Below, piece after piece: positions 1 to 10,460 of a DNA stretch of 64,000 bases. Each line of letters starts with the position of its first letter. Position 1 is the first letter of the stretch. The DNA lies in contig MHCJ01000006.1 of NCBI GenBank assembly GCA_001816585.1, positions 64,040 to 128,039 of the forward strand, written 5' to 3'. Made by a program: the position numbers and the translations under genes. Source of the stretch: Candidatus Chisholmbacteria bacterium RIFCSPHIGHO2_01_FULL_52_32. Lineage in GTDB: Bacteria; Patescibacteriota; Microgenomatia; UBA1400; Chisholmbacteraceae. Below the pieces are notes generated by a model. The model worked only from the letters and a program-made list of their open reading frames with translations, was not told the origin of the DNA and did no database searches.

Positions 1-2190
1 ACAAAAAAGCTGCTGAGTGTCCAAGTTCACATCAGAAAAACCAAACCCCAAAGAAGAATTCCTGCAAAAGCTGTGGTCATTTCACTCGCAGCGTTCACAC
101 TCTTAACCGGAATAATCATATTTCTCCTCGGCGGAATACTCAAAGACCTTCCCAGTCCAGACAGACTCAAGGACCGCAAGCAAATTGTATCAACGAAGAT
201 TTATGATCGAAACGGAAATCTGCTCTTCAAGATTTTCAAGAACGAAAACCGAACGCTCGACGATTTGGAAGACATCCCTCCCTTCCTCATTCAAGCCACC
301 ATCGCCATAGAAGATAAGGACTTCTACAAACACCCGGGGTACTCATATAAAGGTATCTTGAGGGCAATACGTGATATGGTAAAAACTGGGAACCTCCAGA
401 GCGGATCAACCATCACGCAGCAACTCGTTAAAAATGCGCTCCTTTCAAAAGAAAAGACCGTAAAAAGAAAAGTGAAAGAGATTATTCTTGCAATACTCGT
501 GGAAATGAAATTTACCAAAGACGAAATACTCACAATGTACTTCAACGAAGTCGGATACGGAGGTGCGGCTTATGGAATCGAAGAAGCCGCTCAGATGTAC
601 TTTAATAAACCCGCCCGCGAACTCAATCTTGAAGAAGCCGCTTTGCTCGCCGGACTTCCGGCTGCACCAACTCGTTATTCTCCGTTTGGGACACATCCGG
701 AAACGGCCAAATTCAGACAACACGAAGTGCTTCGAAGAATGGTTGAAGAGGGGTACCTTACGGAAAAACAAGCGGAAAAAGCAAAGGCCGACCAGCTGAT
801 CTTTGCTTCCCAAAAGACGGACATTAAGGCCCCACACTTCGTCATGTATGTAAAATCGCTTCTGGTCGAAAAGTTTGGTGAACAGGTGGTAGAGCAGGGA
901 GGTCTTGAAGTGCAAACATCCTTAGATCTGCAGATCCAAAGACTCGCCGAGGAGGCAGTGGAAAAAGAAGTCAGCCGACTCTCAAACCTCAACATCCAAA
1001 ACGGAGCCGCCCTGGTGACCAATCCGAAAACGGGCGAAATCTTGGCCATGGTAGGGTCAAGAAACTTCTTCGATTTTGAACACGACGGACAGGTAAACGT
1101 CACCATCCGCCCCCGTCAACCGGGGAGTGTCATCAAACCGATAAATTACGCCGTGGCGTTGGAGGGGGGGATGACAGCGGCAACCCTGCTTACCGACAGT
1201 CCGATTACGTATCAAATCCCGGGCCAGCCGCCATACTCACCAAAAAATTACGATGGGAAATACCATGGGAAAGTGAGCCTCCGTGAAGCACTGGCAAACT
1301 CATACAACATCCCTGCGGTTAAAACGCTTGCCGTCTTTGGAGTGGAAAAAATGGTGGAAAAAGGGAAGGCTATGGGAATTACAACCTGGGATAGTCCAAG
1401 CCGTTACGGCCTGTCGCTTACGCTCGGGGGTGGTGAGGTCAAAATGGTGGATCTCGCAGTTGCCTATGCTTCACTCGCCAATGCCGGGAATAGAATCGAC
1501 CTTGCTCCCATCCTCAAAATATCGGATGGTAAGGGCCGTGTACTCTTCAAATACGCCTGTGACAACTTCCAATCACCAAACGAGAAGGCAAAACCCATTG
1601 AAGAAGTTGTCTGCAATCCCAAACCGGTGGTAAAACCGGAAGTCGCCTTTATTGAAACGAGCATTCTTGCAGATAACATCGCCCGGTCGCGAGCATTCGG
1701 ACGACGCTCGGTCCTCAACATTCCTGGGCATGAAGTGGCGGTGAAAACCGGGACAACCCAAAATCTCCGGGATAACTGGACAATCGGGTATACCGACGAC
1801 GTTCTCGTGTCCTCCTGGGTGGGAAACAACGACAATACTCAAATGAGCTATGTAGCCTCAGGCATCACGGGGGCATCTCCTATTTGGAGTACCATCATGA
1901 CTACGCTTCTTGCAGAAAAGCCCCCTCACCGGTTCGAGACACCCCAAACCATTGCCAGAGTTGCCGTCTGCCATACCACCGGTACATTACCCTGCGAAGG
2001 CTGCCCGCAATACTTCGAATACTTCATTCCTGGGACACAACCAACCAACGCTTGCCTGCCGAAAACGGAAGGTGAAGAAGAAGGAGGCAAAGCCCTCACG
2101 GAAAAGGAGGACAAAGTCCAGGTAAAAAAACCAAAAGACGAAAAATTTGGCAGAATTCTTGGAGGAACCAACGCCAGACCGGCACTCTAA
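1..2190 (+). CDS. mrcA: Class A penicillin-binding protein 1A (transglycosylase/transpeptidase), 5' partial - reading frame open to window start
   Basis: GT51 glycosyltransferase motifs (QQLVKN..., EILTMYFNEVGYG), transpeptidase SxxK (GSVIKP) and KTGT motifs; N-terminal TM helix; frame open upstream of listed GTG at 73. Confidence 0.85.
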   Translation, partial: TKKLLSVQVHIRKTKPQRRIPAKAVVISLAAFTLLTGIIIFLLGGILKDLPSPDRLKDRKQIVSTKIYDRNGNLLFKIFKNENRTLDDLEDIPPFLIQATIAIEDKDFYKHPGYSYKGILRAIRDMVKTGNLQSGSTITQQLVKNALLSKEKTVKRKVKEIILAILVEMKFTKDEILTMYFNEVGYGGAAYGIEEAAQMYFNKPARELNLEEAALLAGLPAAPTRYSPFGTHPETAKFRQHEVLRRMVEEGYLTEKQAEKAKADQLIFASQKTDIKAPHFVMYVKSLLVEKFGEQVVEQGGLEVQTSLDLQIQRLAEEAVEKEVSRLSNLNIQNGAALVTNPKTGEILAMVGSRNFFDFEHDGQVNVTIRPRQPGSVIKPINYAVALEGGMTAATLLTDSPITYQIPGQPPYSPKNYDGKYHGKVSLREALANSYNIPAVKTLAVFGVEKMVEKGKAMGITTWDSPSRYGLSLTLGGGEVKMVDLAVAYASLANAGNRIDLAPILKISDGKGRVLFKYACDNFQSPNEKAKPIEEVVCNPKPVVKPEVAFIETSILADNIARSRAFGRRSVLNIPGHEVAVKTGTTQNLRDNWTIGYTDDVLVSSWVGNNDNTQMSYVASGITGASPIWSTIMTTLLAEKPPHRFETPQTIARVAVCHTTGTLPCEGCPQYFEYFIPGTQPTNACLPKTEGEEEGGKALTEKEDKVQVKKPKDEKFGRILGGTNARPAL

Positions 2191-2486
2191 GTCAGCTGAA
2201 ATCCCCTGTATTTCAATTATGGTGAATATGAAAGAATGGTGACCCTTAACGAGAGCGTGTCCATGTGGAAGGCCCGAAAAACTCACTGAACCAGGCAGGG
2301 ATGCGCCGCTGGATCCAAAAAAGCAGTGAAAGACCAACCGTCAGAAGAAACAGGATAATGATTGCCCGTCTTCCTCCCCGATCCTCCCCGGACTTTTTTT
2401 CAATGGAGGGGGAACGCCCCCCCGAGGTCCCAATCGGTAACTTGGATGGCAAACCCGAAGGAATTCTCTCCGCTCCCATACCGTCC

Positions 2487-2765
2487 TTAAATCTGTATTT
2501 TTATCCCGCCGTACTTCCGTGCAATACGGTTGTAAAGCCAAACAGAAACGGCAACCGTCGCACCCCCAAACAACACATAGAGCGCCGCCCCCACAAGAAG
2601 AACAAAACCTCCCACAAGGAATTCGACAACGCTGAAGTTCCCTCGAAGCAAAGCCAGCAACTCAGCCCCTAAAAAAACAAGAGTGATAGTGCCGACCACC
2701 GCACCATAGAATAGGAGTCCAAAGCGAAATGCACTACGAAGATCAATGGACTTGATTTCCTTCAA
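2487..2765 (-). CDS. hypothetical small membrane protein (3 predicted TM helices)
   Basis: 92-aa hydrophobic ORF whose start overlaps cmk stop by 4 nt (coupled arrangement). Confidence 0.35.
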   Translation of the reverse strand: MKEIKSIDLRSAFRFGLLFYGAVVGTITLVFLGAELLALLRGNFSVVEFLVGGFVLLVGAALYVLFGGATVAVSVWLYNRIARKYGGIKIQI

Positions 2766-3490
2766 ACCTCCTCACCTCCGCTCAAAAGACCGCTTTTTTC
2801 TATCTTGTCTACTATTCTCTCAACAACCTGCTGAATCGTCAAATCGGAAGTGTCCAAAACCCACGCTCCGTGCGCAACCCGAAGTGGATCCGCTTTTCGA
2901 GCGCTGTCCTGCTCATCCCGCCGGCGTAAATCCGCAAGCACCTTCTTGTACGAAAGCCCAATCCCCCGCTCACGGAGTTGTTGTTGGCGCCGACGCGCTC
3001 GCACCTCGGGACTGGCGGTGAGAAAAATGCGAAAAGGGGCATCGGGGAGGACCCGCGTGGTAATATCTCGTCCTTCCATGACCACGCTCTGACCAGCCAC
3101 CATCTCCCGTTGTCTTGCCACCAAAATCGCTCGTACTTCTGGGTGTTGAGAAATAATCGAAGCTCCCAGGCCAACTGCTTCACCGCGGATCTTCCAGGAA
3201 ACGTCCTCGCCGTTGAGCAGAACGGTAGTCAAACGCCCATCCTGCTCCTCCAAAGTCGGTGGCCGAATCTCGATCCTTGCTTGGGAAAGAAGCGTAACAA
3301 CCGAAGAGGAATCCTCCAAGGGAATCCCCGATGACTGCGCCAACAAAGCAGCTGAGCGGTACATCGCACCGGTATCGACATAGACAATTCCTAGTCGTTC
3401 TGCCAAGGATCGGGCCACCGTTCCCTTGCCGGCAGAAACCGGCCCATCAATGGCAATTTGTAAAGGACGAGAAGGACGTTTCATCACCAC
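2762..3490 (-). CDS. cmk: cytidylate kinase
   Basis: IAIDGPVSAGKGTVARSLAERLGIVYVDTGAMYR P-loop/CMP-kinase signature. Confidence 0.85.
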   Translation of the reverse strand: MVMKRPSRPLQIAIDGPVSAGKGTVARSLAERLGIVYVDTGAMYRSAALLAQSSGIPLEDSSSVVTLLSQARIEIRPPTLEEQDGRLTTVLLNGEDVSWKIRGEAVGLGASIISQHPEVRAILVARQREMVAGQSVVMEGRDITTRVLPDAPFRIFLTASPEVRARRRQQQLRERGIGLSYKKVLADLRRRDEQDSARKADPLRVAHGAWVLDTSDLTIQQVVERIVDKIEKSGLLSGGEEV

Positions 3491-3654
3491 TTTCCATCAA
3501 ATCAGAATCGCGCGCTACTCAATGGATAACAAAAATCCAACCTTCAGTAAAGAAGATGGAAAGATCAGAAGTCCGACCAGAAAACCTTCGGCCGAGAAGA
3601 AGCACCTCTCTTCGCCTCCCTACGGTAGAACGGGAAGTAAAACAATATCCTGCC

Positions 3655-3840
3655 TTACTTCTTTTTCTCAGAAACACCAAATCCCACCAACTTAAACAAC
3701 CCAAGAAAAATGAAAATAATCGGCCAAAAACGCCAAGTATCCGCTGGCAAAACTCCCAGGTTCACGAGTAGAACCGCCGTTCCCGCAAGAATGATAAAAA
3801 CTGGCCAAAAAAGTCCACCCTCATTCATCTCAGAAAGCAC
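3655..3840 (-). CDS. hypothetical small membrane protein
   Basis: 61-aa ORF with two hydrophobic helices; no other support. Confidence 0.3.
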   Translation of the reverse strand: MLSEMNEGGLFWPVFIILAGTAVLLVNLGVLPADTWRFWPIIFIFLGLFKLVGFGVSEKKK

Positions 3841-4014
3841 AAGCGTTCACCTCCTCTCAAACAAAACGCCTGCGTTCTCTCAAACCCTTTCGGAAAATCG
3901 ACCTCCGTAGAAGGGCAGGAACGCTCAGTATCCCCTCCGTAATAAAAACCTCAACAACATTAAGCGTAGCAAAGCACCCCTGAAAGGTCAAGACGAAGAA
4001 GAATCGACTTGGGC

Positions 4015-4980
4015 TCACCGCCGTGTAATAGGCGATTTACCCTCAAGCTGACTCCGGTATAACAAACCGCGTTTAGCCGACAGAAACTGAAGCACCCCCT
4101 CGGCATTACGACTACCCCAAGACGCAGCTTCTACTAAGGACTTCTGAAGGATAAGTCCTGCCACAAAACCGCTCCCGAATGCATCCCCTGCTCCAACGCT
4201 GGAAACCTTGGGTTTCTTCGACCCGGAATAGAAGAAACACTCTCCCTTTCCGCAAACCTTGCCACCAAGCTCTCCAGCAGTAATCACACTAGTTGCTGGA
4301 CCAACCAGGCATGCCTTCGAACGAAATACCTTGGTGTCCGAAAAATCGATGTGGGTAAGCCGGGTGGCTTCCTCCCGATTCATCAAAAGGACCTCGACAT
4401 GAGGAAGAAGGGGAAGCAGCCGCTCTCGCAAATCAATCTCACCATTCCCCGGATTAAGGGCAACCCGAATGCCCTGCTTCTTCGCAAAGGAAACGAGCTC
4501 CTCCAACAGTCCCATCCGCCCCCCCAAAGAAGAAATGTGAAGCCAGCGGGTGTGAAGCTGTTTCCAGGGAATATCCTTATGGGTCAGCATGCGGCTCGCC
4601 CCCCGATAGGTGACGATGGCCCGCCCCCCCTCACCGGAAACGAGGATCACCGAAATAGCGGTCTCCTCTCCCTCCTCAACCACGAGGTGTCGCGTATCGA
4701 CCCCCTCCCGCACGAGCTCCGAGGCAACCATCTTCCCCGCAAGATCCCTGCCCATCTCGGCAATCACCGCGGTCCGGAGGCCTTTCCTTGAAAATGAAAC
4801 GGCGTTATTTGTCCCTCCCCCGCCGGATACGATCTCGATTTCCGACGCCTCAATCTTTCCTTCATAAGGTTCGCAAATGGCAACACCCCCGTCAAAGTTC
4901 TTGGACGCAAGCAGTTTATAGGACCGTGATTTCACAAAAACATCCAAAACCGCTGATCCTACCGTAACGACATCGTACAT
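4015..4980 (-). CDS. PfkB-family carbohydrate/nucleoside kinase (ribokinase-like)
   Basis: N-terminal GG dipeptide region (GGGGTNNA), C-terminal VGAGDAFGSGF anion-hole motif. Confidence 0.75.
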   Translation of the reverse strand: MYDVVTVGSAVLDVFVKSRSYKLLASKNFDGGVAICEPYEGKIEASEIEIVSGGGGTNNAVSFSRKGLRTAVIAEMGRDLAGKMVASELVREGVDTRHLVVEEGEETAISVILVSGEGGRAIVTYRGASRMLTHKDIPWKQLHTRWLHISSLGGRMGLLEELVSFAKKQGIRVALNPGNGEIDLRERLLPLLPHVEVLLMNREEATRLTHIDFSDTKVFRSKACLVGPATSVITAGELGGKVCGKGECFFYSGSKKPKVSSVGAGDAFGSGFVAGLILQKSLVEAASWGSRNAEGVLQFLSAKRGLLYRSQLEGKSPITRR

Positions 4981-5009
4981 ACGCTCCCAAAAGAATTCGT
5001 TTACCGCTC

Positions 5010-5642
5010 TTATCGATGGTATCGGTATTTAATATCGGCCCGATTTTGGCAGACGTCACACTTCTCGGGATCATGGGCCTGCATCTCGCGCTCAAAACGA
5101 CTGACCGCATCCAGAACCTCCTCCGGTGTCTGGACAATGGTGTACACCCGCTCCTCTGTTCCCCGCATAAAGAAATTCCGCATCAAAACATGCATCACCT
5201 CATACCAGAAATCCCCAAAAAGAATGAAGGGTTTATGATGCCCGAAGTAAAGTCTCGCCAGGACCCAAGCGGTACCGAGCTCACTGATCGTTCCGGTGCC
5301 ACCCTTAAAAATGATATAAACATCCGCCTCCTCCAAAAGCTTAAACATCCGCTCAACATAATTCCCGGTGACGATCTCTCGGTCAACGATGTTCGCAATA
5401 TATCGGCCTTCAAATCCAGGAGCGTCATCGGGATAGAAAGTCACCGCTTCCGTCCTGCCCCCACCTTCTTCAGCGCCTTTGGTTGAAGCCTCCATGACCC
5501 CGGGCCCGCCGCCATTGACGACGGTGTACCCTTGCGAAGCCAGCATCTTTGCGGTTCGAAATGCATCTTTGTAAAGTCTGCTTCCGGGCTTAGCGTCGGC
5601 ATAGCCAAAAAATGCCACTTTCTTAATGAATCTCTTTCTCAT
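5010..5642 (-). CDS. LOG family (TIGR00730) Rossmann-fold nucleotide-binding protein / cytokinin riboside 5'-monophosphate phosphoribohydrolase-like
   Basis: VVNGGGPGVMEA ... IFKGGTGTISEL motifs typical of LOG/lysine-decarboxylase-like family. Confidence 0.7.
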   Translation of the reverse strand: MRKRFIKKVAFFGYADAKPGSRLYKDAFRTAKMLASQGYTVVNGGGPGVMEASTKGAEEGGGRTEAVTFYPDDAPGFEGRYIANIVDREIVTGNYVERMFKLLEEADVYIIFKGGTGTISELGTAWVLARLYFGHHKPFILFGDFWYEVMHVLMRNFFMRGTEERVYTIVQTPEEVLDAVSRFEREMQAHDPEKCDVCQNRADIKYRYHR

Positions 5643-6268
5643 TGAACCGCCTTTGAAAGATTCGCGATAGCCTTCCCGATATCTTTACTCTCCCATAAAA
5701 AGTTCCCGACTGCAAACTCCGTGGCCCCCTCCGAAACAAGCTGCTTAACAACCGAAGGGGTGATCCCGCCATCCACGCAAATTGGAAGGTCCGGCCGGAG
5801 AGCCTTGACTTCCGCGATCTTCCCGAACACCCGCTCATCAAATAGTTGTCCGCTCCGTCCGGCGGGAACGGACATCAACAGCACCGAATCAAGATCAGCA
5901 ATGCTCCTTTCGATCGCCACGATGGGAGTCGGCAGATCAACGGCAAGCCCAACTTCCATTCCGAGGGAAAAGCCGTACTCGATAAACGCCCGCGAGTCTC
6001 GCATGTGCTCGACATGTCCGAACACCCTACTCGCTCCGGCCAGATCGCAACGATTCAGGTAGGCGATGGGTTCGCCAACCATAAGCTGGACATCCAAAGA
6101 AAGAGCACTCGAAATTTGCTCCAAAGCCTCAACCCCGACGGAAACCTCGGCAGAAAATGCCCGCCCGACAATATCAATCTGAATACGATCAACCAGTTGG
6201 TCAACCCGGGCACATTTCTCAAGAAGCTCCGTAACGTTTGTAGCAAGGATCGCTGGGATTATCCGCAT
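5639..6268 (-). CDS. rpe: ribulose-phosphate 3-epimerase family protein
   Basis: IIPAILA..., ICVDGGI and C-terminal GNFLW resemble RPE TIM-barrel motifs; 4-nt overlap with upstream LOG gene. Confidence 0.55.
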   Translation of the reverse strand: MRIIPAILATNVTELLEKCARVDQLVDRIQIDIVGRAFSAEVSVGVEALEQISSALSLDVQLMVGEPIAYLNRCDLAGASRVFGHVEHMRDSRAFIEYGFSLGMEVGLAVDLPTPIVAIERSIADLDSVLLMSVPAGRSGQLFDERVFGKIAEVKALRPDLPICVDGGITPSVVKQLVSEGATEFAVGNFLWESKDIGKAIANLSKAVQ

Positions 6269-6355
6269 GTGCTGCTCGATAACCTATCGAGAAAACGATA
6301 GGCAGGAAAATCACAAACCAAAAATAGTCAAGGTAAAAAGGAACGATAAATTCAC

Positions 6356-6811
6356 TTAAGCCTTAAACACCATCCGTTCAAGTGCTTCGATCTTGCGAAG
6401 CCTCCGAAGATACTTCCGATCGCGCTTGGGAGAAGCATCAAGCCATGCGGAGATGATCTTTGTTGCCTGCCCGAAAGAAACCTCATCTGCCGGCAAGGCA
6501 ATGATATTGGCGTGATCATCACTCTTGGCATGGGCTGCCCGCCGCTCGTCAGACACTTCAACCGCCCGAATACCCCTCACTTTATTGGCAACCAACGCCA
6601 TTCCTCCCGAACCACAAAGAAGGATCCCCACATCATCGCTTCCCGCGACTCTTGAGGCAACCGCAAACGCAAAATCGGGGAAATCATCCTCGGGATCATA
6701 GACGGCATTCCCGAGATCAACGACGGCTGGCTGCGTATCCGTCAGCCAGCGCTTGATCTTCTCCTTAAGTTGAAAACCACGATGGTCACTCCCAAGATAA
6801 ATTCTCATCAA
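6356..6811 (-). CDS. rpiB: ribose-5-phosphate isomerase B
   Basis: MRIYLGSDHRGF...LLCGSGGMALVANK RpiB/LacAB family signature. Confidence 0.85.
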   Translation of the reverse strand: MMRIYLGSDHRGFQLKEKIKRWLTDTQPAVVDLGNAVYDPEDDFPDFAFAVASRVAGSDDVGILLCGSGGMALVANKVRGIRAVEVSDERRAAHAKSDDHANIIALPADEVSFGQATKIISAWLDASPKRDRKYLRRLRKIEALERMVFKA

Positions 6812-6837
6812 ACGACAATCGCACCATTGGATAACAG

Positions 6838-7110
6838 CTAAAACAAAGGGTTGCCAAAAGCAGTAATGGCCAACACACTATGAAAAAGAACCGAAGCAAA
6901 GAAGATGTACCAGAAGACGCAATGACGCGCATAATACCAACGGTACCAGGGTTGCTTGAGCATACCCTCAACGAATCGATGCCCAACCAAACAACGACAA
7001 GAGAAAAACACCAGAGAAAGGGAGAGGAGGTTGAGAATTCCGAAAACGTACACCAACTTGCCGGCGAGCAAAGGATCAAACATGATAAAAAAGAGTTTAA
7101 AAGATACCAC
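6838..7110 (-). CDS. hypothetical membrane protein (uncertain; competes with overlapping frames)
   Basis: 90-aa ORF with hydrophobic segments between rpiB and channel gene; weak. Confidence 0.2.
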   Translation of the reverse strand: MVSFKLFFIMFDPLLAGKLVYVFGILNLLSLSLVFFSCRCLVGHRFVEGMLKQPWYRWYYARHCVFWYIFFASVLFHSVLAITAFGNPLF

Positions 7111-7192
7111 CCCTTAAATCAAGAGGCAGGCAAACACGCTGGAAAGCAAACCTTCCTTGCACCCGACGCAGCGACTTGATACCATCAAAGGT

Positions 7193-7609
7193 ATGAGATA
7201 CATCCTAAAGAGCCATCGTTTTGTCATCACAATTATCATCCTCATCTTCATGACGATCGTCTTTGGGTTCCTCATCGTCCCCATTGAAATATCTGACCCG
7301 ACGACAACCTTCCGAAACGCCGAAGATGGTCTCTGGTGGTCCTTTACGACCGTTACCGGAGTTGGCTTCGGTGACTACTACCCGGTGACAACCACAGGAA
7401 GAATAATCGGGGTCATACTGGAAACGATCGGGGTCACAATATTTGGTCTTATCATTGCTATTCTGACAATAAACCTCTACCGCGACGAACAACAGTTCTA
7501 TTGGAGACGGATGACCGAGCGTTTCGATCGAATTGAAGAAAAGCTGATCAAGCTTGAACAAAAACAAGACTACTCCATCAAAACGAACGAGAAACCCAAA
7601 AAGGGGTGA
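7193..7609 (+). CDS. two-TM potassium channel (Ion_trans_2), KcsA-like
   Basis: Selectivity filter TVTGVGFGDYYP flanked by two TM helices; likely start MRYILK rather than listed upstream start. Confidence 0.7.
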   Translation: MRYILKSHRFVITIIILIFMTIVFGFLIVPIEISDPTTTFRNAEDGLWWSFTTVTGVGFGDYYPVTTTGRIIGVILETIGVTIFGLIIAILTINLYRDEQQFYWRRMTERFDRIEEKLIKLEQKQDYSIKTNEKPKKG

Positions 7610-7652
7610 ACCCTTAGAGTCCTGTCAGGCGGAAGCCCCCGAAGCACAACCC

Positions 7653-8420
7653 TCACCGTATCTGATACCCCAGCCGGAACGCCCACCCAAACAAATAGGA
7701 GTTCAGATAGCCGTAAGTCAGACGATCGGAGAGAAATAAAACGGTGTTATTAAACAAAAGAAATCCGATAAGAAATAACAAAACCCCCGAAACCTTGCTG
7801 AAAAGACTAAGAAAATGGGCATATCCCCGCAGAAACCCTGGTACCTCGGCAAGGACAAGTGAGACGAAAAGGAAAGGCAACGAAATCCCCAAGGAATAGA
7901 CAAACAGCATAAGGGCTCCGGCCGAAGCGGTGCTGGCAGTTGCGGCAAGCGTCAAAATCGAACCTAGCACGGCGCCAACACAAGGTGTCCAGGCAGTAGC
8001 AAAAACAATTCCCAACAAAAACGCTCGTCCGTACGAAAGATGATCAGCCCATCGCGGTAATCGCAGGGAATGCCCAAGTGAAAGAAAGGGAAGACGAAGA
8101 ACGCCCATGAATTGGAGTGCAAACACCATAATCAACACCCCACCAACCCGCTCCATCCAAACACCGGATTGCCTAAGCCACAAACCGAAAGAAGCGGCCG
8201 TCGTCCCGAGAAGCACAAAGATAAGCGAAAACCCCAGGATATAAGAAAGAGAAGAAAATAGAATCTGCCGCCGATATAAAGAAAGGTTCTTGGAAAAGGC
8301 ATACTCAGATAACGATACGCCGGCGATATACCCAATGTATGCCGGAAGAAGAGGAACAACACACGGAGCAAAGAAGGATACGACACCTCCGGTGAATGCG
8401 ATTAGAAGATTAAGATCCAT
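7653..8420 (-). CDS. ccdA: cytochrome c-type biogenesis / thiol-disulfide transporter CcdA (DsbD transmembrane domain family)
   Basis: N-terminal FFAPCVVPLLPAYIGY motif with Cys, second Cys in AWTPCVGAVLG; 6 TM helices. Confidence 0.8.
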   Translation of the reverse strand: MDLNLLIAFTGGVVSFFAPCVVPLLPAYIGYIAGVSLSEYAFSKNLSLYRRQILFSSLSYILGFSLIFVLLGTTAASFGLWLRQSGVWMERVGGVLIMVFALQFMGVLRLPFLSLGHSLRLPRWADHLSYGRAFLLGIVFATAWTPCVGAVLGSILTLAATASTASAGALMLFVYSLGISLPFLFVSLVLAEVPGFLRGYAHFLSLFSKVSGVLLFLIGFLLFNNTVLFLSDRLTYGYLNSYLFGWAFRLGYQIR

Positions 8421-8506
8421 AACAATTTTCTCTGCGTCCTGTCTTCCGATAGAACGAATGGAATCGAGGTAACGAATAACCGATAAGCTCTGCTCACTAT
8501 CGCAAG

Positions 8507-9478
8507 TTATCTACCGAACGTAAATGCGTGAATCCGAAGCCCAGGATCAACCTCCATTACTAGCATATGCTCTCCGAACGTACCCTTCCATAAGGAATAG
8601 AGATCGTTAGAAGAAATGGTTAAGGACCTGGATTCACTGTCATCAACCATAACCCGAACGGTTCGCGCTCGTGCATCAGGTAAGCTCATTACCAAGTTGA
8701 CCTCAGACGCTTGAAAGACTAACCGAAGCCTTGCTCCTTCACCTGCGGCGGAAAAATCCTCCCCGGTCTCCCAATTCCCCAACAGCTCAACACGATCCCT
8801 TCCCTTTCCCAAATGCGATGAGGTCTGACCGCGACTCGTCATATAGAGCTCGGGCGTCAACGACGGGCCGAATTGAATGCTCCCGGAAGAAGGCTCTTCC
8901 ATAACAGCCGTGTCCGAAATACCAAGGAATTCCTGTATCCTCCGTTCCGTCTCTTCATAAGCGCCTTCTCCGATGTGCTCATAAACGATCTTCCCGTCTC
9001 GATCCACCAAATACTTATGTGGCCAGAAATGGTTGCTGTATGCCGTCCAAATGCGGTAGTCGTTATCCTGGACAACAGGCCATGTGACCCCATACTTCAA
9101 AATAGCTTCTCGAAGATTGCCAATGTCTTTCTCAAACTCGAATTCTGGGGTATGGACACCAATGATAACCAAACCACGGTCCCGATACTTCTCCCACCAA
9201 GCGCGTAAGTAAGGCAACGTCCGCTGACAGTTAATGCAGGAATAGGTCCAAAAATCAACCACCACCACCTTACCCCGGAGTGCCTGAATGGTGAGAGGTT
9301 CCGAATTCAACCACTTTCCGCCGCCGGAAAAGTCGGGAGCAATAACGGGGTCCCGATCGGCAAACTCGCTTGCAACCTTAATAAATCTCATCATTCCTCC
9401 TTGGCCGCCCGGAAAGAAGCGGCTGACGAGAACGGAAAAGACGATGATAGAGAGAATAATCCACAGAGCAATCTTCAT
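8507..9478 (-). CDS. membrane-anchored thioredoxin-fold protein (TlpA/ResA/DipZ-C-terminal-like) with extra C-terminal domain
   Basis: FWTYSCINCQRTLPYL CxxC redoxin motif; signal/TM at MKIALWIILSIIVF (probable true start); adjacent to ccdA. Confidence 0.7.
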   Translation of the reverse strand: MKIALWIILSIIVFSVLVSRFFPGGQGGMMRFIKVASEFADRDPVIAPDFSGGGKWLNSEPLTIQALRGKVVVVDFWTYSCINCQRTLPYLRAWWEKYRDRGLVIIGVHTPEFEFEKDIGNLREAILKYGVTWPVVQDNDYRIWTAYSNHFWPHKYLVDRDGKIVYEHIGEGAYEETERRIQEFLGISDTAVMEEPSSGSIQFGPSLTPELYMTSRGQTSSHLGKGRDRVELLGNWETGEDFSAAGEGARLRLVFQASEVNLVMSLPDARARTVRVMVDDSESRSLTISSNDLYSLWKGTFGEHMLVMEVDPGLRIHAFTFGR

Positions 9479-9533
9479 CGAACACGGATACGAAAAGGAT
9501 AATGCGAAAACAGGAGAAGGTATGTAACCGCAA

Positions 9534-10202
9534 TCACACTCGAGGCTGAAGCTTTGAGGGAGAAACAAGCAGATTCTTTCCCTCTCGCGCGATAACCCCT
9601 TCCCGCGCCAAAAGGGAGAGCATCTTGGTCACCGTCTCCCGCGACGCACCGATCATATGAGCCAATTCCTCGTGGGTAAAGCGATTCCCGATCCGAACCC
9701 GCTTCCCGGTACCTACCCCATACTTCTGTACCAATTGGCCCAGAAGATGGATCAGCCGATCCCGAACCGACCCGGTTGCCATAATGGTAATCTGCTCCCG
9801 TGCCTCAAAAAGTTGAGACAGCAAGCCTTCAACAACGCGCCTCGCAAGCGTCGGTTGATGGGCAATCATTTCATACAATCGATCTTTGGTGGTAACACAA
9901 AGGAGGGTATCCTCCGTTGCCTCAAGAAACTGGCTCCCTCGTTGCCCGAATCCAACTGCGGCAAAAAAACTTCCTGGTCCGAGCGTTTCAAGGGTGACTT
10001 TCTTTCCCTCTTCGGTAAGGTTGTAGACCTCAACCATTCCGCGTTTAATAAAAAACACCTTATCCTGATCTTCCGGGTCAAACACGATCTGCATCCGTCT
10101 GACCTGCCGCTCTTCTAAAAAAAGCCCCAGCTCATGAAGCTGTTGGTCTGAAAATCCGGAAAAGAGTGAGAATTGCTTAAGGTACCAAAGCTTTCCTTCC
10201 AT
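9534..10202 (-). CDS. Crp/Fnr family transcriptional regulator
   Basis: cNMP-binding beta-barrel region plus C-terminal HTH (RETVTKMLSLLAREGVI). Confidence 0.8.
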   Translation of the reverse strand: MEGKLWYLKQFSLFSGFSDQQLHELGLFLEERQVRRMQIVFDPEDQDKVFFIKRGMVEVYNLTEEGKKVTLETLGPGSFFAAVGFGQRGSQFLEATEDTLLCVTTKDRLYEMIAHQPTLARRVVEGLLSQLFEAREQITIMATGSVRDRLIHLLGQLVQKYGVGTGKRVRIGNRFTHEELAHMIGASRETVTKMLSLLAREGVIAREGKNLLVSPSKLQPRV

Positions 10203-10447
10203 TAAAAAAATCTCCCTTTAAGATACGTCCGATAAAGATAGAACAGGAAAGCGCAAAGGGCAATCCACACCAGAAGATGAATAACGAAATCAAACGGAGT
10301 GAACGGGCGGGGGAAGAAATGAAAGAACCCCACTCGGCAGTAGAGTGATCGAACGAGGGAAACCTCTGTTCCGAATGCAATATACTTATAGCACTGGCTA
10401 AAGCTATAGACCGATAAAAGAACTGCAGCCACAAGAACGTATTTCAT
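10202..10447 (-). CDS. hypothetical small membrane/secreted protein
   Basis: ORF with N-terminal signal-like helix MKYVLVAAVLLSVYSF and second TM; start chosen at internal Met. Confidence 0.3.
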   Translation of the reverse strand: MKYVLVAAVLLSVYSFSQCYKYIAFGTEVSLVRSLYCRVGFFHFFPRPFTPFDFVIHLLVWIALCAFLFYLYRTYLKGRFF

Positions 10448-10460
10448 AGAAGAAACCTCA

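Noticed and set aside
445-1106. Minus-strand ORFs 445..915 and 675..1106
   Set aside because: Antisense to the PBP1A gene, which has clear GT51/transpeptidase motifs; no motifs of their own.
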